Below are positions 12,950 to 27,070 of a stretch of 64,000 nucleotides of DNA, one piece after another. Origin of the DNA: the human T2T-CHM13v2.0 reference genome, Homo sapiens. Both the position numbers and the translations under genes were made by a program. The notes beneath the pieces were generated by a model. The model was given only the letters and a program-made list of their open reading frames with translations. It was not told where the DNA came from and did no database searches. The stretch is taken from assembly GCF_009914755.1 (NCBI RefSeq), contig NC_060927.1. One strand, written 5' to 3'. Position 1 is the first letter of the stretch. Each line of letters begins with the position of its first letter.

Positions 12950-13389
12950 TGAGGTAGGAGGTGGGGCTCAGGGTCCAGACCAGATCGAAGACTGGCTGAA
13001 ACAAGGAAGAGACAAAACCACCTCTCCATAAGACATGCCCACCAAGGCCTTGTCAATTTACCATTGCCATGACAACACCTGGCAGTTATCACCCCTTTTC
13101 AGGGCAATGACCTGGAAGTGGCCAACTTTTTCTAGAAATCTCTGCATGATCCACACCTTATTTGGCATGTAATTAAAAGTAGGTGTAAATATGACTGCAG
13201 AACTGCCCCTGGGCTGCTATTCTGGGCATACTGCCTGTGCGTTAGCCCTGCTCTGCTGCTGCTGTACCCTGCCGCTTCCATTAAAGTTGCTGTTTAACAC
13301 CACTGGCTTGCCATTGAATTCTTTTCTGGGTGAAGCCAAGACCCCTCCTGGGCTAAGCCTCAGTTTTGGGGCTCGCCTGCCCTGCATCA
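12950..13389 (+). mobile_element. ERV1 solo LTR, MER41 family (C/D/E-like), inserted in an older ERVL-like LTR relic
   Basis: tgaggtaggagg...aagacatgcccacc...ttaccattgccatgacaacacctggcagtta...gggtgaagccaaga...ctgcatca; TG...CA ends. Confidence 0.75.
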
Positions 13390-14904
13390 GTGGGACCTGT
13401 CCATTAAGGAGCCTTGTCAAGGAGTGATACTGTAACCCAGCCCTGGTCAGTGTCACTCTCCAGGGACTTGGAATCTTTCCTGTTGGAGCTGATGTTTCTC
13501 AGGGGTTGTGCCCTGAGATCATTCATTCCTGCTACTTATAGCCTTATAGCCACCTGAATTTCTGCCTTTTCTGAACCTCATATGCAGCTTTTTAAAAAAA
13601 TTTCTCTATATTCTTTATATTATTCCAATACCTCGACCTTTGGTTCAATCAACCTCAGTATTTATATAGTATTATTAGCCCCATTTTATAGATGAGGCCA
13701 TTGAGGCTCATCCAACTTATAAATTAAGGAGCTGGGAACTACAAAACATCTGTTCAATACCAAGAAACTCTTAAATGCAGGTAACGTAAACAAGGTCATA
13801 GCTAGTTGGTACAAAAGAAAAGCAAGCAAGCAGACAAGCAAGCAAAACATGTTGGTAGTTTCTATTAATTTCTCTGTTACAAAGCAGTTGAATTAAAAAG
13901 TCATTTTCATAATAAAGGAATTATATATACATTACATAACTTTGCATCATGGTTAATTCATTGCTCATTTTCTTCATTTTTGTGACTGGGTACTGTACAT
14001 GTTTCTAATGTGGAGAGATCACATTAGAAGAATACTCTTCCCTTCCACTTACTGTTTTGGAACTGCTGTTTAGCTTTGGTAAATGGAGGCCAGAAAGATC
14101 ATGGGAAAGCCAATTACCACACGGCTGTGATTCCAAAGGCAAAGGGAAGACATGAGGGTGGGGAGCAGTGTGGGTGAAGGGAGGAAGGTCATTTGGTGTA
14201 AAGCAAGACATAGAAAGAAGCCTGCCTGCAAAGTATCAGGTGGTTCAAAACATAAGGTACTCACTTAGAAGGGCAGAAAAAGTTAGCTAAACAAGAAACA
14301 CTATTTGGCAAAATTCACAGATATAAACAAAATATGATTGGGTTAGACTCCTAAAGAAAAGATGCCTAGGAGCAAAATATTACTGTCATTTTAATATTAT
14401 TGATGATGATCTCCTGCCACATATGACACAAATTTTTTCTGGGGTCAGTAAAAGTTTTATTTAAAAAAAATTAAGTTTCTACCTGTAGACTAAAAGAGGC
14501 TCGAGAGAGATAGTACCCAATTCACTATGTATGAAGCTCATTCAGAGAACAATTTAAATTTAAACAAAGTTTCAAAAAATTTCCAGATATATACAAAAAC
14601 ATGGAAATGTGACCATATTTGATAGCAGATGATAAGAAATGTTTGTAAATTTGTTATAGGCATCATAACGGTTTCCTGCCTATGACTATGGGTGGTTGTT
14701 CTTGTAAAAGTGCTGTCTTTTCAAGATACATGCTGAAATAAATACAGATGACATGATGTTTGAAATCTGCTTCAAAATCATCTGAGGATGTAAGAATGGG
14801 GGGTGCAAAGATGAAACAAGAATGACCATGACTTGTTAGGTGATAAAAGCTGGATGATACCTACATGGTGCTTATTATACTATTCTCTTTATTTTAGCAC
14901 ATGT

Positions 14905-14996
14905 GAGGCATTTAGCCAGGACTAGAGGTGCCCACCACCACTCCCAGCTAATTTTATATTTCCGGTAGAGATGAGGTTTTGCCATGTTGGCCAGCC
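14905..14996 (-). mobile_element. Central Alu fragment
   Basis: caccaccactcccagctaattttatatttccggtagagatgaggttttgccatgttggccag. Confidence 0.8.
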
Positions 14997-15046
<50 letters not shown>

Positions 15047-15080
15047 GTATTATATATAAATATATATTTATATATATATT
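14997..15080. repeat. (CTAT)12 tetranucleotide STR followed by a TA-rich tract
   Basis: 12 perfect CTAT units at 14997-15044, then imperfect (TA)n. Confidence 0.97.
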
Positions 15081-15356
15081 TTTGCTGGGGAATTAAACAT
15101 TATATTACATTTGCTTGAGTCACAAAAGATACCATATTTTGGTAAAAAATGTTTTACGTGAACCTTAGAAAACAATGCCACATATTAACATATGCACATT
15201 AAATATCATAAATACTATAAAACTTGCAGATAAAGTCTTTAAATAATATTTAAGACATTTCCCTTAGTTATTTAAAATACCACATATGACATTTGGAATA
15301 CCATCAGACTATGCTAATTCACGTTTATCCCTTGCTTGTGGACAAGAAAATAATAG

Positions 15357-15709
<353 letters not shown>

Positions 15710-15726
15710 ATAAATCTATTTTTTAA

Positions 15727-16071
<345 letters not shown>

Positions 16072-16989
16072 TAGAAAGCTTAGGGTTCAGACCTAAATGA
16101 TAGTTTTGGCTTGGTTTTGTTTTTAAAAATGTAAAGTCAGACCTTTATGCAAACTCAGAATGTTCCATATCATTTGCTTGCTACATGGTCTGACAGATCA
16201 AAGCACTTTGCCCTTTTCTGAAGGTGGCATTACATTAGATACTGTCACCCAAACAAGATGACTTTACTGTCTATATCAAAACCAAACCTTTAAAAAAATG
16301 ACAGAATTGGGACAGAGCAATGACATGATCTTTGTCCTTACATCACATTTATGGGGTATCAGACCAATTAACTGAAGAGTATATCGGTCCTCCATCATCT
16401 GCTCATTGTGACTAACGCCTATCATGTAGTTTGACTGATTTTTTTTGGTTGAATTAGTAGATACTTTGGAGACATCACAAGATCTTGAAAAGCTAGTGTT
16501 CCTATCCCAAATGGAACAGTTTTTCTACTTTCCTGGGGGTACACCTGCAGATTCTCCAAATGTTAATGGTTCATAAGATCAACGTTAGGAAGGCAGAGAT
16601 AATTAAAAGACTAGTGAAGCTCACGATGTAGACCATTCAAGCCACCCTTTTAATTTTTGGTTATTTCATAACTTCTTGGTGGCAGGGCAGTTTTCTCTGT
16701 CAGCAACAGCCACAGAAAATCTACATACTGGAATAGATTGATTTTGTAATTTTCCTCTATATGCAAATATCTCCATATCATTCACCTCTCACTCAGTACA
16801 CCCACTACATTGAAGACTAGACAGATAAAACAACCAACAAAGAGTTGGATTACTAGCTCATCACCAGCCAAGATGAAATCACATCTGCTAGGGCTCAGTA
16901 CAGAATCACATGCTGTTGTATTAAACACATCTTTGTTGAATGAAAGATAAATGCCAAATGGTCTGGTAACAACACAAATGAGTCCTGTG

Positions 16990-17963
16990 GTGTCTAGTAT
17001 TTATTACACAACCCAATAACCCAATCATATCTTTGGTCCTGAGCTCCGTGTATATTTAATTGTCCACTTAGATATCTAATCAAAATATCAAAGATAACTT
17101 GCACAAAAGAGAAATTTTGACTCCGCCCTCCTCCAAACCGGTTCCTTTCCCATCTTCGAAAATAACACCTACATTCAACCCATTGCTTATATTTAAAAAC
17201 CTGGGAATCATGCTTATTTCCTTTTTCCCCTCACATTCCATATCTAGTTGAGCATTCTTATTGGCCTTGTTTCCATATTGTTCTGCTGAATTTGACAGCT
17301 TCTCAATATCACAAGACACCATCATCTCTCACTGCATCAGATTCCTACCTGGTCTCCCTACATCCACATTTCAGACCAGTTTCCTTAAAATAGCCAGGGT
17401 GATCTTCTCAAGGCATAAATGAAATCCTATTACCATTCTGCCTAAAATTCACCAATGGTGTCCTGTTGCATCCAAACTCATCATCACTAACTACCTGATT
17501 GACCCCATTAGATCCTACTCACCTTTCTGACTTCATCATTTACCACCATCCTCCCTGTCACATGTGTTCCCACAACACATCACACTCAGTTTCTTCTTGC
17601 TGTTCCCTCTACCTGGAAACTTATTTCCCATCTAGCTCACGGCTGCCTCCTTCTCAATGTTTATTTCTTGGGCCATAAGTCACATCTTAGAGTAATTTTT
17701 TTTTTTCTCTTGACCACTCTAGCTAAAGAAATCACTCCTCCCTTTTCTTGACATTCTATCTATTGTCTTCTTTTACTTATTTCATAGCACTTACTACCAT
17801 CTGCAATCTTATTTCATTAGTCACATGTTTATTATCTGTGCTTTCTTAGCAGAATGAAAGCTCCCTAGTTCCAAGAACCCATTTATCACCTTTCCAGCAC
17901 CATGTCTGACTCATTGTAGGTGCTCAGTACATGATGTCTTGGTGAATGAATGAATGAATGAAT
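16990..17963 (+). mobile_element. L2 LINE 3' region
   Basis: About 1 kb of L2-like sequence ending tgtaggtgctcagtac...gaatgaatgaatgaatgaat. Confidence 0.8.
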
Positions 17964-18799
17964 ACATTTTTTAAAAAAAATCTACTCATGTAAATGTTTG
18001 AGAGACCACTATGAACCAGGAACTTTCTTCTGAAGCTACGTAGGTCAAACAATTTCTACCTGTAAAGAGTTTCTAGACTGTTATCTTTGAACTCAAAGAG
18101 AAATGACCAGAGAACTTGCTGTTTTTCTGTACAGGTCCAAAGGGCAAAATCTAAGCTTCTTGTCTTCTATAGCATAGCCAGGTGGTATTCCTAGAATGCC
18201 AGTTGGAGAATCCTAGATGTTTCCTAGTTGAGTAACTATTGCTCATTTATTCTCATTCATGTGTAGACATGAGACTGGGGTGGGCTCAGTAGGTTGAGTC
18301 AGTTTGGCAGCAGATCTATAAACTCCAGTCCTCTAAGGTTAAGGAGATGACACATTCTAATCCTACATTTCTGAAAGACAGAGTGCAACCCACATTCCCA
18401 GGAGGGAACATATTGTCAGCCGCATCAGGAGCATTTTGCTCTCTGCAGGCAGTGGCACTGCTGTGCGTGGATATCACATTTCCTTCCCAGAGTCCGTGGG
18501 AGGCCTCCTTGAATGTGAGAAGTGCAAACAGAGAGGGACACATTTGTTGTACAGAAGCTGGCTCCGGGCTTTGGGTTTGGAGACAGGCTGAAGATATTTG
18601 CTTTAAAATGTCACAGGTAAAGTATGGACCTGTGACTACAGAACATTTTTCGTGAGGGGAAGGAATCAGAAGGCCTTCCAAACACAGGGACTCCTTTGTG
18701 CATTCAGAGGTCCTGGTGATGCCGTCTGGGTTTATATATCAATCCCTTAAATGAGCTGAGTCCCTCAAAGGCTTCAGATCAGTAGAGATAATGACTCAG

Positions 18800-19300
18800 A
18801 TCCTGAAGAGACCTCAGCTGGGATCTGCATGGCCTAGCCCCTGCCTGCCTTTCTGGCACTGTCTTTTATCATAGCCCTCCTGGGCCCTGTTCTAGCCATA
18901 CAGACTGTCTTTCAACCCCTGTGACATCTAGACACTCTCCTGGCCCAGGGCCTTGGCACATGCTGTTCCTTCTGTCCTAAATGTTTCTCCTGCCCTCCCT
19001 ACTTCACTTAGTGAAAACCTACTCATCCTTTACATACCATACTCAAGCACCAGTTAGGAGAAACTACCCCTGACCCCACAGACTATATCAGATTCCGTCA
19101 CAGAGCTCTGTTTCTTTCCTTCAGAGTTTTAATCTCAGTGTACAACTATAAACTCCCTGGTGTGATATTTAAATTAACTTGTGTCTTCCTCAATGATCTG
19201 TATGGTATGCAGTGCAAGGACTTTACCTGTGTTTGCTTACCATTAGATTCTCAGTGCCAAGCACAGTGCCCACCTTTAGCAAGGATTTGTTACATATAAA
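18800..19300 (+). mobile_element. L2 fragment
   Basis: cagggccttggcacatgctgttccttctg...cctactcatcctt...cagtgccaagcacagtgcc. Confidence 0.7.
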
Positions 19301-19429
19301 TAATTGGGTAATCTGCAAATAAGGGTAATGCATCCCTGGAAAATATACATCCTGAAAAATGTAGCCATTGCCTAAGGAAAGGCTCATCCTACCATTACAC
19401 CAACTAAATGGCCGTGATGGTCATTCATC

Positions 19430-19805
19430 ATTCAGTTGTTAGGAAAACATTTCCAGCTCTCCACCTTCTGGGAGCACGGTAGGATTTGACTACTTTTAAC
19501 CTTGGGATTTGGTGGGGTTACACGACTACTTCTGGCCTATGAGTTGTGAACAGAAGTGCTCTGTGTCCCTTTTAGGCTGAAAGCTGTATTTTCTGGTGAA
19601 AGACCCTCCAGAGCTTTCTTTTGCTCTGGCACAGCGGGAGCATCATTTGAAAACGGGGCTGCACCATCAGCCTGGGACATAGGATAACAGAGTCTCTGTC
19701 AACTGATGATGGACACAAAACACAACAAAGAAATAAACACTTCTCTTTTAAGGTACTGAGAGTTTGAACTGTAACCACAGTACAATGTAGCTTACCCTGA
19801 CTCAT
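19430..19805 (+). mobile_element. Old MaLR LTR (MLT1I/J-like)
   Basis: ttctggcctatgagttgtgaacagaagtg...agaaataaacac...ttaaggtactgagagtttg...cttaccctgact. Confidence 0.65.
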
Positions 19806-19979
19806 GGAAGAGCTGAATCCAAACTTCCTTAATCAAAAAGTAACCATAGATAGCAACAACAATAATAACAATCATAAAAACTTGTTGAAAAGTTAACATG
19901 TGTCAGATATAGGCTTTATAGGAATTATCTATTTCATTTCAACTTCACAAGAATGCAGGAATGGTATCAGGGGGGCATT

Positions 19980-20302
19980 TTTGCTTTTGTTTGTTTGTTT
20001 GTTTTTTTTTTTTTGAAACACGGTATCGCTCTGTCACTCAGACTGCAGTGCAGTGGTAAGATCATAACATTGAACTCCTGGGACTTCTAGCCTCAAGCAA
20101 TCCTCCCACTTTAGTCTCCTGAGTAGCTAGGACTACAGACATGCATGTACCACACTCAGCTAATTTTTAGAAAATTATTTTTTGTAGAAATGGGGTCTTG
20201 TTATGTTGTCCAGTCTGGTCTCAAACACCTGGCCTCAAGTGACCCTCCTGCCTCAGCCTCCCAAAGTGCTGGGATTACAGGCATGAGCCACTGCACCTGG
20301 CC
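19980..20302 (-). mobile_element. AluJ inserted in a MIR
   Basis: Antisense Alu with MIR halves on both sides. Confidence 0.9.
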
Positions 20303-20476
20303 CTAGGGAAAAACATTTTTAATTTCAGTATACAGATGGAGAAATTAGGCTCAAGGAAGCCAAGCAAATTATGCAAAATCAGCTTGTTTGTAAGAGATGG
20401 GGCCTGATTCTGCTTTACTTCAAAGCCCACATATTGTTAATCACCATTCTTTCCATATTGTCCATTATATTGTTAG

Positions 20477-20781
20477 TTTTTTTTTTTTTTTTTTCTTTTT
20501 GAGGCAGAGTCTCGCTCTGTCACCCAGACTGGAGTGCCATGGTGCGATCTTGGCTCACTGCAAGCTCCGCCTCCCAGGTTCACCCCATTCTCCTGCCTCA
20601 GCCTCCTGAGTAGCTGGGACTACAGGTGTCCACCACCACGCCCGGCTAATTTTTTGTATTTTTAGTAGAGACGGGGTTTCACTGCATTAGCCAGGATGGT
20701 ATCAATCTCCTGACCTCGTGATCTGCCTACCTTGGCCTCCCAAAGTGCTGAAATTACAGGTGTGAGCCACCGTGCCCGGCA
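20477..20781 (-). mobile_element. AluY
   Basis: gcaagctccgcctcccaggttcaccccattctcc; ttagccaggatggt. Confidence 0.93.
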
Positions 20782-21369
20782 GGTTTTTTTTTTTTTTTAA
20801 AAAAAAAAAAGAAGAAAAAAGAAAAAGTAAAAATAGACATTCAGGTCTCTGTGTGAGGAAAGAAGGCATAAAGTGCTTCTGCTCATCAGAGCGGCTGGGA
20901 TCTCAGGATAGTGGGACCATTCTCCCACAAGAGATTTTTGTTGGTGAGAAAACCGCCAGGACCCCTAACTGCATGTGCCTAACAATACTGTTCACCAGGG
21001 GGGCATTTTAGCCAGGTTTACTCAGGAGCAGATTTTATGGAGGAAATTACTTTACCGTGGAGGAGAGTTTGTCCTTGAACCCAGACAACAGTAGGAAAGT
21101 TGGAAAATTGAAGTTCAGTGCTCTAAGCTGTGGGTAGGTAAGCACACAGATTTGGAGACCACCGTATCACCGCCTTCTAAGAGATTCAGAAAACACTTTA
21201 ATTGGACTGCTGTGACGCTTCCTGAAACAGACAACTTCCAGACTATTCTGCTGCTTTACAACATTGTCAGTATCTAGTTTGACAGATCTTTCCAACTTAG
21301 ATTCAACAAAAAAGCCAAACAAAACATTAACTATTTTCAGTTAATAATCATTTAAATAATTTATATGAC

Positions 21370-21860
21370 AATAATTATTATTACTATTGCCAGGCACTAT
21401 GCTAAAGGCTTTATGCACATTATTTAATTTAATTTATTTAATGTTCACATCAACCTTGTGAAGTAGGTACTATTTTAAATCCACATTTTGCAAATGAGGA
21501 AACAGAGGCAGGGGAAGTTTAAGTAATCGCCCAAGTCATGCAGCCACTAGTGTCAGATCCTGGTTGTGAATCCCAGTCTGGGTTCAAAACATGATGCTAA
21601 TGACAACCACATAAGAACATCACCACAGTAATAGAAAGCACGCAACAAATATTAGCTGTCAGGTGCTAGAAACTCCACTAAGGATGCATGCATCTCCTCA
21701 TTCAGTGCTCATAACCACCTGATGGGGTTGGCACTGTCATTATAGTTGAGGAAATGCAGGCTTGGAAGAGTTAAGTATCTTGTGCAAAATCACAGAAGCA
21801 GCAAGGGGCAGCCTCTGAATTTTCACTTAGGTTGTCTGGCTCTAGAATGCTCACTGTGGC
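21370..21860 (-). mobile_element. Two tandem MIR elements
   Basis: Two copies of the gaggaaac/atgcaggc...ttaagta...tca core. Confidence 0.75.
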
Positions 21861-22103
21861 CTGTGTTGAGCAAAGATTTCACACAGAATTAGGGAGAGGG
21901 GCTTCTTCCTACCTCTCTGTGGAAGACGGCCATGCCGACTTGGTGAGGCAAAGGCTGCAGGGCACCTCAAGGCTTTGCAGCTTTGGAAGTCCCTTCAGAC
22001 AGGATCCCGGAAGGGAGCCAGAACCTTTATGGAGGACAGTGGCCACAGTGGTGTGGTGAAGACCACCCTCAAGTGGCTTCATAAACAAGGATATAAGCCC
22101 AAG

Positions 22104-22136
22104 TGAACATCTCATGAACATCTCATGAACATCTCA
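22104..22136. repeat. (TGAACATCTCA)3 tandem repeat
   Basis: Three perfect 11-bp units. Confidence 0.95.
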
Positions 22137-22420
22137 GAAGTAACTAAGGGAGACTCAGGGACTGGCTGAGATCCTGTGTCACACAGGTGGAGGCTGGAGC
22201 CAGAAAGTGAGTTGCTGCAATGCTTTCACAGGCTCATTTGCCTTTGAGTAAATCAACTTCTATCTTTGCTCCACTGAGGAAAATCTAAGATAAACAGCTT
22301 CTTTTCTGGCAATTGTCTCTCCAACCATGACCAAAAAAGTATGACCCAATAGTTTCCATAATTGAAAGAGCAAACCTGCCCTGCTTAGGCATAACCACAC
22401 ATGAACAGATTGATCCAGCG

Positions 22421-22669
22421 TATAGTTTCTCGACCTCATCACTACTGACATTTGAGGTTGGGTAATTGTTTTTTGTGGGGGTGTGTCTGTGTGCGTGGTG
22501 GGGGCCGTGAGGGTCCTGTGCTCTGTGAGACATTTTGCAGCATGCTGGCCTTTGGCCTCTACTAGATGCCAGTAGAAAAACCCCCTTACCCCCAGCTGAA
22601 TAAAAAACTCACACATGTCTGGGAGAGGAAGGTGGTGGTGTCAAAATTGCCCCCAGTTGAGAACCACTG
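22421..22669 (-). mobile_element. MER20 hAT-Charlie MITE
   Basis: actactgacattt...ctctactagatgccagtag...aaaattgcccccagttgagaaccactg. Confidence 0.88.
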
Positions 22670-24834
22670 ATCTAGCAGCTAATTTTATTCATTAGTTGAG
22701 GACTTAATATAGTACTAGGCTTTGAGGATGGTAAAGGGTGCAAGCTGGGGCCATCAGAAAGCTCCCAGTTTTAAGAAAAAGGAGCAGATGTTAACCACAC
22801 AATTATGGGAATAACTTCTTGTAGAAAGTGCTACAAGGGAAAAGTACAGTGCCTTTAGCTAAGATGAAAAACATTCTTAAACCCAGCTGCGAGGAGGTAA
22901 TTCAAATCGACTAGATTTTTGTCAAGAGAAGATGTTGTAGGTCTCCGATGAACGCCAGTAGATACTGCTGAACCCGAGTGTGACCAGGCTCTAAATCATC
23001 TTAAACTCTAAAGCTTTTCCAGTTCAGCGGACCCTGATGCCAGCCTTAAGGTTGCAGACGGGTAGAGGAAAATGGACACAGTGTAGACAGCCTTCCTTTC
23101 ACGTAAGAGGGCATGTGGGGCTCACCTCTGCTGTCTGAATATACATGAGCTAGACTCTACTATGCATTTGATCTATCAAGTAGCTGTCAGAGGACTACAC
23201 AGGTCTGGGAATAATGTACTCAGATGTTTATCAGGCTAAATAGGAAAAAAAAATCCACTGAGACTGAGGCAAGGGGAAATATATCCCTCTAAAAATAAAC
23301 CTGATTTTAATTTCAAACTGGGTCAGTTTGGCTTGGGAATTATTGGGGAGTGTGTCTGAGCCGCTCAGGAGATGAAGTGGAACCCTTGCTAATTTAATTT
23401 GCATATGCTGCTTAAAATGCGAGAAGCCTGCTGCTCTGAGCCTGGCAGCTCCCTGCACGCTGACACTTTGCTGGCTTCCTCTCCTGCCTCTGCGGGCTCT
23501 GTCTGGAGAGGCACTGAGGTAGCCACGTTCTCAGAGAGGTCAGAATTCAGTGGGAGGCCTTGGAGAGGCTTTGTCTCAGGGCCACATGCCCAAGGCAGGG
23601 TGGAGGAAGAGCACTGGGTGGAGGGTGTCACAGTTCAGGTGGCCTTATGTGGGCACTTCTGTGTCCAAGGGAGCTGCACTTGTGGCTTGCTGGTGCAGTG
23701 AGATGGGCGCCAGCTGTTTCCCTGCAAGCACTTAACCTTGATGTATCTGCACTCAGGAAGAATGCTCAGGAGCTCCTCCAAAACAGGTGCAAAATAGAAA
23801 CAGGGATGATGCTGCAGCAGGGCTCAAGGTCCTCACTGACTGCCTCTGCTGCACTTTCATTCACCATGGGCTCTTTGGAGACCACCACCTTTCCTGTATT
23901 CCCTCCTCCCTGATTTTTTCCTCATCCACATGTCTACGAGCTTTTATCTCAGTCACTCTCAAACCTGCCTCCCTTTTACTGATGAACTCATCAGCTCTCA
24001 CCTGAGCACAATTGCAATGGCATGCAGCTCAGAAGTTCCCAGGTTTGGGGATTTCATGGACTAAGAAACAATAACAGTTTAAAAACAAATGAATCAAGGC
24101 ACAGGCATACATTTAATTTTGTCTGGTAATGACATAAAAAAATTCCTACTATTTACTATCCTACTGTGAACATTATTTCATAAACAAAAGGAATTTTAGT
24201 GCCAAAAAAAAGTAGAAAAGCGGTAGTTTCCAAATAATAAAGCATTCTCAAGAAAGTACAACTGGGACTGTTGGTATTCTCATATATGTGGTGTTATGCG
24301 TCACACACACACAGTCTTTACCTTCCTCATTTAGCAATGCATCAGTGAAAACTCTGCCAAGAACTGTCACCAGCCCAAGGGCCCACACATGAGAACCAGC
24401 ATCCTCATTTCCCCAACTCATATTTCTCTGTTGCTCTCCACGAAACCTTCAAAAGATAGCTTCCGAAAAAGACAAATCTGATCATACCTCTCCACTGCTG
24501 AAAACCCTCCAATGGCCCCTCAGCTATTCTCAGGATAAGCTTAAACACACTTGGGGAAATAGATGCAAAATGATCTGCTTGAATTTCACGGCTAATTCTT
24601 GACAGAGCCTGGGTTTGAACCCCAGGCATGTCTGACTGTAGTGAGAGTGCTCTGTGCCAGTGAGCCCCAGGCTCCCCAGGTGGCCTGGCCAGCCTGTCTG
24701 CCTGTTGGAAGACTTCCAGTTTTCTGCCTTTGCTTCTTTCCCATACTTCTGGACTACCAGCCTCGGAATTCCCAATCTTCTCCTCAAAACCCAACCTCAA
24801 CTTCTCTCTCTTGCTTCCTTTATCAAAAATCTAA

Positions 24835-25033
24835 AATCTAGTAGAACTGTCTCGAATGATGGGAATAGTCCACACCTGCACTGTCCAAGATGGTAGTTAA
24901 CAGCCCTAAGCAGCTAGTGAGCATCTGAAATGTGGCCAGTGTGATAGAGGAATTACTTTCTATTTTGAGTAAATTTTAATTAAAGTTGGATTAGTGACAC
25001 ATGACTAATGATTATGGTACTGGACAGTGCAGG
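24835..25033 (+). mobile_element. MER3
   Basis: ctagtagaactgtctcgaatgatggga...ctgtccaagatggtag...tggacagtgcag. Confidence 0.8.
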
Positions 25034-25109
25034 TTTAGACATTTCTCTGTACATTTAAATCCTAACAATAGTCTTCAGCCCGGATCAATTATCCCATAAA
25101 TGTTCAAAG

Positions 25110-25345
25110 GAAAAGTTAGTATAGCAGGGCTAGACCCTCTGGGTTTGAACCCTGGCTCTTGCACGAATTAGCTCTGTGATTGTGAACAGTTTATTTAACA
25201 ACTCAGTTTCCTCAACCATTGAAGCAAGAATGATAATAGCACCCACCTCATGGGGTCGTATGATGATAAAATGAATTATTATGTGCAAAATATTTAGACA
25301 TTGCTGGTATACAGGAAACACCGGTACATTTGCTATTATTATTAT
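25110..25345 (+). mobile_element. MIR
   Basis: ctgggtttgaaccctggctct...ctcagtttcctca...acctcatggggtcgtatgatgataaaatga. Confidence 0.8.
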
Positions 25346-26679
25346 TTACTTAGTTCATACTATATGGGAAGCTCACAAGCAAGTCTGTACTAACCGCTGA
25401 AGAAAAATATGTTAGGTCTTGCTCCTAAATCAATGTTTTAGAGGAGTCACCCTAACTCATGGCAGCAGTGGCCAAGGGAAACATTTATCATGGCATTCTA
25501 CAGGATCACAGTTGACACTCAGTGCCTTACTAGCAGGCATTATCACCACTCTCCATTTCAAACACAGGGTAACTGAGGCATTGAGTCATAAGCAGTTTGC
25601 CCAAGGTCACATTGCTAGAACCTGCCAGAGTCTGGCTTTGGACACTAGGCTCATCACATGGTGGCAAACCGCCTGCTCCCTGACCACTGAGAAGGGAGGA
25701 GGCTGACGGCCTATGGTTAAGAATGCTACTCTGACCAAAGGCAGAGCATAGAAGGAAAAGATGAGGGGATCAACAGGGTGAAGGAGGAACACAGTAGATA
25801 TTTTTGAAGCTCCATCCTTGGGTAATTGAAGGATGGAGGGATGAGTAGCCTCTGGGCAGTCACTGTCTGCAGCTATTGTTGGTAACTCTGGCCTGGCATA
25901 AATCCACCTTGGGAAGGATGACAGGCACAAAGATGTCCACTTTAGGTCCATGGAAGAGCTTTTGAATTCATCTGGTTGGAAGAATTTCCTTCATTTCTCC
26001 TCATAGCATAAGTAATGGATTTGTACCTCCTTGACTTTCCTATATTCAAATTTGTAATAAAACTTTGGTTCCAGACTAAAGAGTCATACCCCTTGGACTG
26101 AATGAAAACAACCCTGAGTTCCTCAGTAGATCAGGCCTTAGCCACAAATATCAGGTGGATTGAGTATCTACCTCCTTCTGTCAGGGGCCATGGACTCAGT
26201 CCTCACTAGAGGAGACATGGAATTATCTCTACTAGGAAACCTAATTTGCTTTATCTTTAATTACAGGAATCCAAGATTGCTCAGTGTCTGGTTATGCAGG
26301 GGATATGCGATAGCTTTGAGTGACCCATTAAGTGTATTGATCAATTGCTAATAATAATAAAGGATTCCAGCCAAAGGAAGCAAAAACACTATTTACCAAA
26401 AGTAATTAACCCTTCTGCTTCCTACCAACCAATAAACCCTCAGACAAAAATTCTTCTTTCTTAATGGCACAGTAAGACTAGTAAAACTTTCCACAACAGA
26501 GTCAAGTTCTTGCTCTATTCAAGTTTCCATCTGGTATTGGTAGGCATTTGGGAGTTACATGGACTTGTACAGGTTTTTGCACGCATCTCTTTAAAAAGAA
26601 GTCATTGCTTTAAGATCACACGGGTAAGGTGTATTTTGGAAGTGAAAACAGGAAGCACCTAGACTGTCTTAGATTGCTG

Positions 26680-27070
26680 GTAGCTGTGCTTATTAGTAAA
26701 AACACCTTGGAAAACTTCTTGGCACTATTTACTAAAGCTGAGTATCTATTTATAGATATCTAGATATCTATCTCCAGAATTCCATTCCTGTGCTTCTACC
26801 CAAAAGAAAGAGAATTGAGTGCTAGCATACACCGAAGAGCATGTATAGGAGTATTTCAGAACAACTTTATTCATAGTAGCTTCAAACTAGAAGCTTCAAA
26901 CTACAAACCAGAATACTGCACAGCAGTGAAGGAGAACAAACTACTGTTACCTGCAACAATATAAATAAAGCTCATAGATGTGAAGTCAATCAAGAGAAGG
27001 CAGACACAAGAGGGTAGATATTTTACAATTTCATTTATATGAAGTTCAAAATAGGCAAAACTAATTTGTA
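26680..27070 (+). mobile_element. Old L1ME 3' fragment
   Basis: ttggaaaac...ttccattcctg...ctttattcatagtagc...atatgaagttcaaaataggcaaaactaat. Confidence 0.7.

Noticed and set aside
14265-14482. Possible cryptic minus-strand exon (ctacag| ... |gtgagt)
   Set aside because: Weak polypyrimidine tract, length not frame-preserving, no CAPS1-like peptide.
20784-20810. T15A12 palindrome
   Set aside because: Low-complexity target site of the adjacent Alu; no evidence of function.
22104-22136. CRISPR-like direct repeats
   Set aside because: Contiguous tandem units without spacers, in eukaryotic DNA.
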